From Choristocarpus tenellus KU-1152 (taxonomy: Eukaryota > Protista > Phaeophyceae): DNA of 54,806 nucleotides. The notes below the pieces were generated by a model that saw nothing but the letters and a program-made list of their open reading frames with translations, did no database searches and was not told the DNA's origin. The translations under genes were made by a program, and so were the position numbers. This document shows positions 1 through 16,793 of the stretch, piece after piece. The stretch lies in contig CAXNAD020000008.1 of assembly GCA_964200185.2 (NCBI GenBank), forward strand, positions 1 through 54,806. The letters run 5' to 3'. Every line of letters starts with the position of its first letter. The first letter of the stretch is position 1.

Positions 1-1207
1 CCCCCCAGATACTTTGACCTTGATCCTCTACAAAGAGGCTTGTTCCTTGAGATTGGATATAATACAAGATGATCAATACTGGTGTGTCTGATCAGGCTTG
101 AAAGGAAAGGGGATGACTGTGTTAGGAGCCCAGAGTGTTTGGAAAAGAATACACGGAAAAAAAGGGTGACTCCTTAGTGGTGCATTTTGTTGGTCAAGAA
201 CCTATTAATGCAGGAGTGACAGGACTGATGTCAAGGGTGTTAGTGAACTGTTCTTTGTGCATCAGAACCAGCAAAAACAAGAGTGGTAGGAGAGAAACGA
301 AGATATACCCAAGTATCTGCTGTAACCAAAAAAATAACCTCCACTTCTACATCAACATTCTTGTCCGATAATGACTCAGTATCGATTTTAGGTACACTGT
401 TCTTCAGTCAGTTATGATTGTTGGACAGGTCGTTGTTGAGTTTTCTTAAGTACACTCCAGACTAGTGCAAAGCTGTGCATTGGGATTACCTATGTTTTGG
501 CAATATATTCTATGCTGAGGAACATGGACATGACTCCTACACATCAAAATCTCATCCAATCACGACTTAATCCACCGTGTGTGTAGTTCAGGCAGTAAGG
601 AGTGATAGCTCATGTTTTTAATGTGTATGTATTGCTTTACTGCAGGATGTCCCATTTATCTTTTGACAAACAACAGCCTACTAGGGAAATAGTGACATGC
701 TAATTTTTTATAGGTACTATGGGGGCAGGACCATTGTTGGAACTTTTGCAGGACATTTATTGCACTACTAGATCCAGATTTCATCTCTAGCTCTAAGCTT
801 GATTTACTCCATACATATATAATCCAATCAATCATACGAGAACCAAATTGCTATCACAATAGTTGGATATGTGATGAACCACTATAATTCACATTGGTCC
901 TTTCATTAGCAACATATAATGCCATATTTTCTCAAAGTAACATTCAGGAAAAAACAGTTTGAGAAATGCATTCATGTCAACAAGCAACACAATAAGTGCA
1001 TGTTCAATTCATTGAGGGCACTGAGCCATTTCAACACAACATCAGTAGTTCCTCTTCTATGACAGTAAGTTCAATGTTCTTCCAGCTTACAACAATGCAT
1101 TTGTTCTTGTGGCATCCCTTCCAATTAGCCTCGTGAAAAAGATCCATAAAACCTCTTCACCTCATCTTTCTTGTCACTTCTCTCCATCATACATCATTCT
1201 ACACAAG

Positions 1208-1706
1208 GATTGTGGCAACTTCTCATCCTGATGGCTCATGCCACCTCTGGGACATTCGAGCAGAGGGAAGGTCTGCTAGCAGCAAGTTGGGGCAGGTTGA
1301 CAGTAAAAGTAGCGCTGGGAAAGGGGGACATTCTGTGACATCTCTGGTGCACCACACAGACGAGACCCGCTTCATTGACTTCTCACCCACAGGGGCTCAC
1401 CTCCTCACAGCCTCTTTTGATGGTGTCAGTGTACTATGTCATTGCAAGCATCAAGGACTGCAACAGTGCCAGGGCACAGGTTGGTCAAATGGGAGCAGAG
1501 GTGACCAGAGTGATGATGGGGGTGGTGTTCAGCCATGGGGAGTGAAACTGCAGCCAAGTATTAATATACTGGCCACTCTACATGCACACAAGGGGCGTGT
1601 ATTGCAGGCATGTTGGCGACCAACACATAGAGCTGCATTTATAACAAGCAGCACTGACTGCACTGTGATGTTATGGACCGTACCCCAGAATGACACCATG
1701 AAGTGA
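1208..1706 (+). CDS. Terminal exon of a WD40-repeat protein, WDR47/nemitin-like C-terminus (5' exons not identified in the window)
   Basis: Putative acceptor ...ACACAAG|G at 1207/1208 after a pyrimidine-rich tract, open to TGA at 1704-1706. WD40 blades: ATSHPDGSCHLWDIR, HHTDETRFIDFSPTGAHLLTASFDG, HKGRVLQACWRP...FITSSTDCTVMLW. Their order resembles the last blades of WDR47 (recalled, not aligned). Confidence 0.75.
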
Positions 1707-1961
1707 AGTGGTGTTTTCCCTCCAACTACCTCTGCTCTGTTTGCTTGAGGGCACTGTGAACCATGTCAGGTTGCTATTTGAAAAGGGAAAGGGTAAAAAT
1801 CAGGTATATCTTTTTGAGGAATGTTCAGGTAAAACATGATATATTGTGAGTTTCCACAAAATCAGAGAAGAAAGGAAAACAAGAACTGGATCAAAAGCCA
1901 GTGGAAAACACTTCAGGACCTCTTGACCTAGAATTGTATTGGGCAAGCAAAAGGCGAGTTC

Positions 1962-2256
1962 TGTGCAATATAGGCTAGGCAGTCTATAGTAAGTTATATA
2001 TTTAGTGAACAGTGGAATACAACAAAAGTGTTGACTAGTAGAGTAAAGGCCAAGGATTCTATTTGGTGTTCTTCGAGTCGCAGGTTCGAGTCTCGATGGA
2101 TTGATTTTTAATCTTGTTCAATATAAGTGGTTGACGTAGTGTGACTGACTCAGACACATGTTGACGTGTCTGATGACGTGCGCAATAGATAATAATATAA
2201 GAGCACCCCACCACCAAGGGCTGTGCTCACTCCGCTAATAAATAATCCATACAACT
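1962..2256 (+). mobile_element. Solo LTR related to the copia 3' LTR at 53967-54243
   Basis: Starts TGTGCAATATAGGCTAGGCAGTCTATAG versus TGTGCAATATAGGCTGGTAGTCGATAG in the copia LTR. Shares the internal CAGGTTCGA(G/A)TCTC..GGA(T/C)TGATTT and GACTGAC blocks. AATAAA at 2237; ends TACAAC like the other copy. No clean TSD and the right end is approximate. Confidence 0.7.
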
Positions 2257-4358
2257 TAAAGCAAAGACTATTGGAAGAGTTCTCTTTTGCATAAGTTCAA
2301 GATTGGAGATTAACCTGAGAAGAGCTTGATGGTTCCTAATTCAATTGAGAAGAGGGGGAAATTTGCTCTGCGTCCTTGTGCATTTTGGGTTCATTTGTTT
2401 GTTTGGAGCGATATCTTGTAGTTGGTGTGTGGTGTGCAGGGGGATCTATGAATGGAATCAATACTTGGAGTGGATTGGTCCTAGGTGTAAAATGCTCCCA
2501 GCTTGAGGAGGAAACATTAATCAGTGTGAAAATTCACTATACTAGTAATACATAGTAATAGGGGCAATTGATGGTGGTGTGAATACTTTCAGTTACATTA
2601 TGACTCAGTAGGAATGTGTTGCAAGAATTGTAGACATATTAATTGCATATCTTTCCATCTAGAGTACTCCTATTTTTTTACAGCGATTTGGATTGTAGGT
2701 GGACTTCTGGAGTTGGTTACAGAGTGAGATTGTGGTGCACCAAGAGAGAGGAGAGAGCAAGGTATGAAAAGATGCAATTGATGAAAGAACAAAAATTGTG
2801 ACAAACAATGAACAAGACTAGTCAAGGTGTCAATATTGGACAGTTCTGTGACTCCACATATAGTGACTCTGGAGCTTGCCAACGGTATAGATTTTCCTGG
2901 TGAACCAAGAGCTAGCTTACAATGTGCTGACACCACACTCTGCTCATTTTGTTGATAAACTCTGATTCCAGACATTACCATTCCTGGGGCAGTGACTTTA
3001 AACCATGATGCTGTTGGATTCATGCTTCGTACCAATTTCTCTCACATTTAATTATTATTTTGCTACATTTCCTCATGAGACTGAATTATTATTATGTTAC
3101 ATTGAATCAAACAAAGATGTTATCTAACAAAAATATTTCCATCATGACAAGCACAACAAGAAATCCTTTCCATTCACCCAATACCTGTTCTTGTAAGCTT
3201 CAGGCTTGGCATCTACCACTTCGAAGGTTGTGTTGGCATTGGCCAGTTAGTTAGTCCAGTTAGTCATTAGTCATTGAGGAGTGGACAAACAAGGGAGTAC
3301 AAAATGGGTAAATAGGAAGACAACTCGTTATCTATAGGAAAGGACTGAGTAGTGTGTGTGTGATATTGAGTGGCATGGAAAATCATAACCATAATGGTAT
3401 GGAATGCAGGGATATATTCCATGCCATGTACAAGTAATATCAGTAAGTTGTACCCCTTTTGCCCTTGAATGACCCATGATAGTACCCCATTGTGGTCTCA
3501 GTTCTCCCCTTATGACCTGGAAATAATGTGAACACCGTAGAACACTTTCCCCAATCTTTCAACATTCTTCATTATTCGTGGGGGAGCGAGTTGGCAGTGT
3601 ATAATGTTAGCCTGAGAATTCTTGCAAGATATAAAAATCCACCTGATCCCTTTCTCCAGCAGCAAGTTATTGCATCACTGGAAAAAGTAATGGAGAATGG
3701 ACAGAAATTGTTGAGGCAAATAGGGTTTTTGTACCTCATCCATCAAAAATAGCACAAACGAGTGTTTTGAACATTGAACTTGTGCAATACAATGTTACAA
3801 AGAAAATCATTTGTAGACAAACTGTCCAAAATGTCACCTCATAGATAACATGAGAAATGGTAGTATTAATGTTCCACTCAGGTGTTTGAACTATATACTG
3901 AGCACTTCAAAACTTGACACTACCAACTATTGAGGAGCCACCACAGGTGGCCACAATCAACAGTTACATTTTCAAGGTTCCTTTTTCTAATGACTCTTTA
4001 TCAGCTGCTCTTGGCAGGACTGATAACTTATCAAAGGAAGCAAGCCTTTCCTCTCAGATAAATAGTGAACATTGAGTAAAAACAACAGGTAAGGGGGACT
4101 GCAGTAGTTTAGGATCTAGAAATCGTCAAATAGTCAGGGGCAGTGGAAAGATAGTCGCAAAAGTGGATACACGTTTCAGTGCACCAAGCTCAGTGTGGAA
4201 GGCGTTTACTAGAGGCATGTTGTACTATCTAGCCTAATATACATCAAAAGGTGTAAGACCCATTCCAACATCATGAGGCCTGGGCAACAATTTGGTCCTA
4301 GTGTACATGTGATGACATTGAACCATAAATAAACTTGTCACTTGAAAGCCTGTAAGTG

Positions 4359-9780
<5,422 letters not shown>

Positions 9781-9815
9781 GGGATGATGGACAAGGTAGT
9801 CAATAAGCGTCACAG

Positions 9816-9868
9816 GGTTGTTGAGAGGAATGGAGGAATGAATGGAGGTTGTTGAGAGGAATGGAGGA
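9816..9868. repeat. Direct repeat (22-nt unit, 31-nt period) in the spermidine synthase 5' leader
   Basis: GGTTGTTGAGAGGAATGGAGGA at 9816 and 9847. Confidence 0.85.
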
Positions 9869-9995
9869 GGAGGGTTACCAATATTTTGGGATAATATTAT
9901 ACACAATAATTGTTTACAATAAAAACCCATAAACAAGATAAGATCGGAATGGTTAAATGGATTGTCAAATGTAACGTTGGTTTTGATAGATTATA

Positions 9996-10066
9996 TTTGA
10001 TGTCATGGACAGGTTCCTTTTTTGAGAGATTAACTTTGATGTCAGGGAAAGGTTCCTTTTTTGGGA
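9996..10066. repeat. Imperfect 39-bp tandem duplication upstream of spermidine synthase
   Basis: TTTGATGTCATGGACAGGTTCCTTTTTTG at 9996 versus TTTGATGTCAGGGAAAGGTTCCTTTTTTG at 10035. Confidence 0.8.
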
Positions 10067-10731
10067 TCTCCGACACACACACTTGTCCATAAAACGCGCG
10101 GTAATATACAATTGCGCACGCCAACTACGTCATTGGAGGTCACCCATACCGACCAGTCCAATAAACCAATCACACCCGTAAGATCCGGATTTGACCAAAC
10201 ATCCAAAATGGACTGTCAGAACGAAGAGACATTCCGATGCTGACTGATCCATTTCTCTGCTGTGACGTTGCTAAGTCATTCTGGAACATCTTTTATGTTA
10301 CATTTAATTCCGAACAGAGGAAGTATTAAACTGTAGGAACACTTAGACCAACATGAGGATGGGATGTGGAAAGGAGAGAAACAAGGAGGAAAAACACTGA
10401 ACTCCAGATGGGATGTTTACTCAGAAGAGAAGTGACCAAGGAAATGACTGGGTGAACACTGAAAGCTTCACTCAACATCCCATGCTGATGTCATGAGAAG
10501 GAACTGTTGTTATACTCGGAATATCTGTATATAATATTCATGATGACAGATTGACAGACTCTGAGGTATACCTTACAATGGAAGGGCACCTCAGAGGTAC
10601 ACTTGGAGGGAAGGTGACTATCACATCACCCACCCCTACGTGATCTGATGTGCATATCAGGAAAACAAAGTTGAATATGGGTCAAAGTAAGCGAGAGCTA
10701 CCCAGGGTTGCATTTGAGTGAAAAAATTTAA

Positions 10732-10955
10732 GAGGGTAGGGCTGCGTCCATTTGGGATCATAAATCCAATGTTGCGATTTTGATTAATTATGACTATCTT
10801 GTTTGCTAGCAAGTATTGACATCCTTGCTCCAGACACCCCATTCATACACACATTTTATATAACTGTGTTCAACAAGAAAACCGAAAAAGGGCATACATA
10901 AAAACCCGTGGAAGTCAAGCCCCGAACGGACAAACTGGGCAAAACTCCTACCCTC
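10732..10955. mobile_element. MITE copy 1 (TTAA-flanked, GAGG...CCTC termini, Kolobok-like)
   Basis: TTAA|GAGGGTAGG...CCTACCCTC|TAAA; colinear with the copy at 11690-11925. Confidence 0.7.
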
Positions 10956-11689
10956 TAAACAGCTTTGATCATTTAGGGTTAGGGTTAAAGGACGTTGAAA
11001 AATAGGCGCGAAATTTGCATTTTTTTTTCAAATTCATATAGGAAGTTTCTGATTTTTTTTTTTAAGTCTCAAACAATAGAGAAATTAACACTCTCAAGTC
11101 AAACTTGGCACTTCATCCATAGAAATATGGGTGAATTGTAAAAATATGAAAAACTGTCTTTAAATGTAAAATGACCAAAACCTGGGTACCTCTCGTTAAC
11201 CTTGATTGACTCAATGGGAAGTAAAGGAAGTGTGTAAAATGACTTCCAACTTGAGGATAAAAAAAAAAGGAAATAAAATGCTCTGAATAAACATCTTCCC
11301 TCACCAAAAGAATTTCTGTCAGGGATGGCACATGTATGTACACAAAATATGACTACATGATATATATTGCAAATGCTTAACAACAAGATATTTTACATGA
11401 CGACACATCACAACTTAACCTCCCTTTTCCCCAATAGCCCAAACTGTGTTTCGTCCAAGCTCTTAAGTAGCATCTTGAATAACAAAGCACCCAACATGCA
11501 CTGGATAGCAGTGGCACTGCTCAACACCTACCTTGATACTTGCAAGCATTTGTAGCCTCAACCATGACCTCAATCCTATCCTCAGAGAAGAGCAAGTCAA
11601 TGTTGTGGGGTTCAAATGTTAACCCTCATGAACTCCACTGTGACTACATCAAGTTTGCAGACCACTTGTCGGCAAGTCAAAGCATTTAA

Positions 11690-11925
11690 GAGGAGAGGGC
11701 CATGTCCGTTTGGGGTCGTAAGTCCAATGTGGCGATTTTGATGAATTTTGGTTATCGTGTTTGTTAGCAAGTGTCAATATCCTTGCTCCGGACAAACCTT
11801 TTCATAGCCCTATACACTTAACCTACTCCGAATGTTTCTGTATTTACGCAGAAAACTGAAAAAGGGCATAAAAACCCGTGGGAAGCTAAACCCCGAATGG
11901 ACAAACAGGGCAAACTCTTACCCTC
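11690..11925. mobile_element. MITE copy 2 (TTAA target duplication, GAGG...CCTC termini, Kolobok-like)
   Basis: TTAA(11686-89)|GAGGAGAGGG...TTACCCTC|TTAA(11926-29). Subterminal inverted GTCCGTTTGGGG / CCCCGAATGGAC. Shares TCCAATGT.GCGATTTTGAT, TCCTTGCTCC.GACA and GAAAAAGGGCATA blocks with copy 1. Confidence 0.75.
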
Positions 11926-12190
11926 TTAAATGCATTGGGCCAGCACCTCTTAGGCCCATGTTTACCACCCTCCATGTTCAATCCTCCCAAGGTAAATTCT
12001 TCTTCCTATCACCTACCTTTGGATGTTGTTGAATTTACTGTGGTATCCAAAGTGTTACAAAAGAAAATTCCATAATTTTATTGAAGGTGCAAGAACTGAT
12101 GGCTATATACAGCATCACCTTAACCTCTCCAGGTATAATAAATCTCGAAGTTGAAATTGTTATTGATGCTGAAGTTGGCATTCCAGTTTG

Positions 12191-12330
12191 TGGTATGTAA
12201 TTTAAAACAAAACTGGTATGTAATTTAAAACAAAACTGGTATGTAATTTAAAACATTGTATGTAATTTAAAACATTGTAATTTAAAACATTGTATGTAAT
12301 TTAAAACACTGTATGTAATTTAAAACATTG
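12191..12330. repeat. AT-rich minisatellite, core TGTAATTTAAAACA, seven units of variable length
   Basis: Directly visible repeats of GTATGTAATTTAAAACA with AAACTG/TT/CT linkers. Confidence 0.92.
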
Positions 12331-15300
12331 CAACCAAGAACAATGTTCAAAAGTTGTTCCCCCAATCTTAAAGGTGCAAGACCTAATGGCTCCATATCAT
12401 CATTCGTCTATATTCTCGACTGAACGCCCTCACCTAACCAATACCAATCCTAAAGCAACCTTCCACACCACTTACAACATAAATCAAGGAGTCTTTAAGG
12501 AGACTGAAACCAGACCAAAGGCAAGGCGCAAGAGGTGCCCAGGATGAAGGAGGCCAAAACTTGTGAGACAGTGACAGCCAAGAAAAGTCCAAAATCAAGA
12601 AGAATGGAGGGGTTGGTAGGTCTGAGCCTCCTGGAAAGGCGGAGGAAAAGATCGTCATGGTGAACCTCAACAATCCCCATGACAACATCAACAAGGAATT
12701 GGTCTATCAGAGAAGGTTCATGCTGAAGGACTGCCATATACGTGGTGCAGTGCTTGAGGTTGCACATAAGATAGCAAAAGAAGGCAAGGTGTTAGATGGT
12801 GCTACCATCATGGAAGATGCTGATGGGGGAGAACATACTCCTGAACATCACTGTGACTCCGAAGTCATACATACATATCTGAAGAGATGAAAAAATCTTG
12901 ACAGACCCCAATCTCGAAGGTTCTGCTATCTTCCCCAATATTTTGTCACGGTCCATGTTATCACTGTTGACCTAAGGGTTAGGGTATGCACATTTGAGCA
13001 CATCGGTCACAGTTTTATCCCTCTGCAACCAGATCGCTTTTGCCTTGCACAGGACTACACTGAACTATCATCCCATAAAAGTTGTGATTGAGAACACCAT
13101 TTGCATGTAGGCTCGCATTGGACATGTAGACTCACATTCAAACATCCTAATTGATAGGATCACCAGTTCCTTACACGAGTCGTTGTGCATTCACTTCTTT
13201 TTCTTTTCTTCTTTCCTCTACTCCGTACCTCATTTTAAAACTGTAGGGAATCCAACTTACAGAATTTACTTCATTCTAGGGGGGGTGAAGGAACACTGCT
13301 GTGTTTTTGAGAAGAAAATAAATAACACCTATGTTGAGCAGCCCGATCCGTGGGCCATTGCCTTTCCCTTGTCAGATAGTGGTAAAACCTTCTGGGTGGA
13401 AGGTTTGATGCTGCTTGGGAGAAGGAGCTGTATTAGTATATGCTAAACTGTCCATCTATGCAGTGTCTAAAAGGTGAAGATGGTGGAGTGAAAAGGATGG
13501 TGACACATCAATGGGAAGGGATGGCACTATGCATTTTTCAACAGCATGAGATCATGATAGGAAGGAGATGCCTTAACCATCTGGATGTCAGCAATAGGAC
13601 TTTGGTGAGGGAGAATATTAATCTGAGGAGAGAGTGTGGGGGTGGCTCCTGATGGGAGTAGTACTAGAAAAGGATCAAAGAAAAATTTGAAGAGAGGAAA
13701 TGATAACGTGCCAGCAGGATCTAATAAGGAGACTAGAAAATCGGAACAACTTTGTGCTTCCCCAGAGTTGGGCAAACGAGACAGCAGACCTGTTGTACTC
13801 CAACCCCAAAATTCGTTCCCCCTGAAACCTGAGTGGGAGAGAGTGATAGACACCCAGAACATGTTAGGAGGCCAACTGCATCATACGGAAGGGAAACGGT
13901 GCATTAGGGGTGGCAGTTGCTTTGCAGAAGGTTAGGTTTAGGGCTACAGTGCATTGTCGAAGTGGAAATTTTTCTATGATGATCTACATTCAGGGAAAGC
14001 TCTTTTCCTTCCTCAAGTTGTGGTGGAGCCAAAAACAAGGTCATCCTCCTCTGGCATATGATGGTGAGGATTTATTCGTCTCTGGAGAGTTGGTGAAAGA
14101 ACCAACCCAGTTATAACCTCCTTTCAGTTGACCTGAACTTCAGGTTGTCAACTCAGGAATACAGGAATAGGGGATCAGAAATTTTACTGGGATGAGGAAT
14201 GGAAGCACACTTAGTGAGTTTAAGGCGCGTTTTAAATTTTGCATCATATATTTGTATGTTCCCAACCACTAGAGGGTGTAAGGATGTATTTTAAGTTTGG
14301 GTAAGGTATAAGATTTTGTTTTGGTGTCTTGTAGTTGTAGGAGGCATCTGCTCCACTCTACTGAAGCTCCTTTGGTCTCAATGTGTACGCTTGGTTCATG
14401 GTGGCCATGGTAAATCTTTAGTCATCATAGATGCATTGCTTGCCATTTTTTTGCTAATTTTCGATCCTGGTGTATATCAACCCTTCCTTTGATTATTTCT
14501 ATATATTTTCTCATGACTGCTTCGATTCCACTAATTCTTGCTACCACAAACATCAAAATTTCACACACCAACTTCACAATTTTGGTACTGATAGTCATCA
14601 ACAATTCCCACAATTTTTCTGCACCAGGAACAGTATTCCAGCATACATCCCAAGAGGAATTAATTATTCCATACTTCAAAGTAAGTACTTTGAAGTATAA
14701 GCAGCAACATGATACAACAGCAAACACACAATAGTTACACACTCAACACACCAAAAGGAAACGGGAACTACCGAAAATGGGCAGCAATAGGGGAAAACTT
14801 GCTTTTGTGTACCGATCATCCCCAAGTCAGCTAACAAGCACTCGGCAGCTGTGGACTGAGAGCCAGAAAGTCAAAGGATCCTTAAAACTCAGCGGCACCC
14901 CTCTCTCAGTTACTTTGACTCACACGTAACAGGGTTTCCTCCATAATATGTAGATAGAGACATTGGCCTCTTCACCAAGTTGATGATGAAGAATTAATTG
15001 TCATTCAGGAGGTGCGTTGGGGAGGATGCTTGTGCTGGTCTGGACATTATGAAGTTGACTTCCAGTGTCCACGTCTGGGGTAGAGGAGGAGTAGGCAGGC
15101 AGGAAGTAGAGCCTGATGACACAGTCAACAAATCTATCCACATCAACAGAAGGGAAGAGGGACTACAGCCAAGCACAGTTTAGGAAAAAAAACCAAACCT
15201 CTCCTGTGACTCTCTCTCTCTCTTACCAAATTTTAGTCTATGGTGCTTCACTTACCATGTGTGTATGAGAGAGGACATGGATGGGGATGGGTGTAGGCAA

Positions 15301-16793
15301 TAGGTAGGGACAAATCTTTGTGCTCTGCATCATGATTGTCTTGCAGGCATCAGTCCATAGTAGCATCAACTTCATTCTATTTTCAATAGTGGTCAGATTG
15401 TTGTGCATTGTGCTGGGTACTACCTCTCACACACGCTTCAAAATATCCCTGAAAATGCTACTCCACCTGAAGGATCAGTTCAATGTGGTGTGCGTGTAAG
15501 CTTGCCCTGGTTAATAGTAATTTCCTCTACTGCACCTGGGCTGCATAACACTTGTATCTCTTGTTCAACTTTGACAGTTCTCACACTACAAGACCCTTGC
15601 TGCTATATGCGTCAAAAGATAATGGGAGGCAGTGTTCAAGAGCACCTTGTGGCATTTATTCACTGAGGTTAACGGTCTGCTGTGTTTATAATGTAAATTC
15701 TATATACGATCAGCTCCAACCTACATATATGGTCTACTACTATAGTAGTATGATGACTATTGCTTACAGGTGTCATGGGTCTCGGTTTGAGAATATATGA
15801 TATAAATATGAAAATGCGTATCGAGGTTGTGTTCTTGGACTCATTATCTACTGTTATCAGTCCAAATTTTGCTACTCTTTTTGTACTTCAACATGCTTCG
15901 GAGAATGAAACGTCGCAACAAACTGTAATATTTGCAACAGTACAGCCAATTGTGGTATTTTTAGTCATAGATGATACTTGGTTAACTGAGGTGCCTACAG
16001 CTACCATGTATATCCCGGACTTCTTCAGCATCTGTGTTAGGTCCTCCTGGAAAATTCTAGTAGTTCGAGTTTGACTTGTGTATAGGCTCTTTCATCATCG
16101 TGTTTGTTTATACTGAGGTGTCAAACACACAACAATAAATGACTTTTCTTCAGTCTCTGTCTGGTGTTCACAAAAATTTCTCTGGGATGTTGTTGCTTCG
16201 CAATATGTTCTTGCTTTGGTGCCTGATGCGTTTAGGACAGTATTCGCATGTTCAGTGCACGCCTTACCATTCCTTCTTGTACACATCCCAAATATTTTCT
16301 ATTTCTTATCCGAAACCGTTTTTTGATTATTCTCTTCCAACACCTTCTACCATATATTCACCTAGACAGGGGCACCCCAATCTGGACGAGGGACAGGTGT
16401 GCCTCAGTCCCGAAAATATCGAAAGGAATTTTTTTGGGGGGGTTCTGAGTTGACGAAATCACTGTGCCCGCCCCTATCACCTGTACATCAGAAGAAAGGT
16501 CGAACATTTGGTCAATCGACTTACCGAGGAGGTCTGGTCGATCTACTCGAGGTATCAAGTGGTGTTTCACTGTCTGCACTAAGCTGGGGGTAAGTGCAGG
16601 GTCGATGGTTCTTCTCAAGAGTGTCACAATCAATGTTTCAGGAATATTTTCAGCGAGAAAATTTGAGGTTCTTGGACCTCATATATATGTGTCATGCATT
16701 TCATTGTCATCACGACTCGCTGCTCGCTGCCCTCACATCCTCCCACCTCAGACTGGGATCAGCGTGTTTCGGGTAGCCCGGAATACGCCCGGC

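Noticed and set aside
135-371. ORF as the upstream exon of the WD40 gene (would need an AG|GG donor to match phase)
   Set aside because: No WD40 motif, no pyrimidine tract before the putative acceptor, and it requires a second non-canonical site with no homology support.
3361-3452. Nested inverted repeats TGATATT/AATATCA and TGGCATGGAA/TTCCATGCCA
   Set aside because: Short arms, uneven spacing, no TSD or second copy seen.
12191-12330. CRISPR-like array
   Set aside because: Linkers are only a few nt and not unique, the context is eukaryotic, and no cas genes are present.
16095-16286. Cys/His-rich minus-strand ORF as a divergent zinc-finger or viral gene
   Set aside because: No ATG start, no splice continuation found, and the motif spacing is not convincing.
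16380-16450. Sm-site-like AATTTTTTTG suggesting an snRNA
   Set aside because: No U1, U2, U4 or U5 conserved sequence is recognisable around it.
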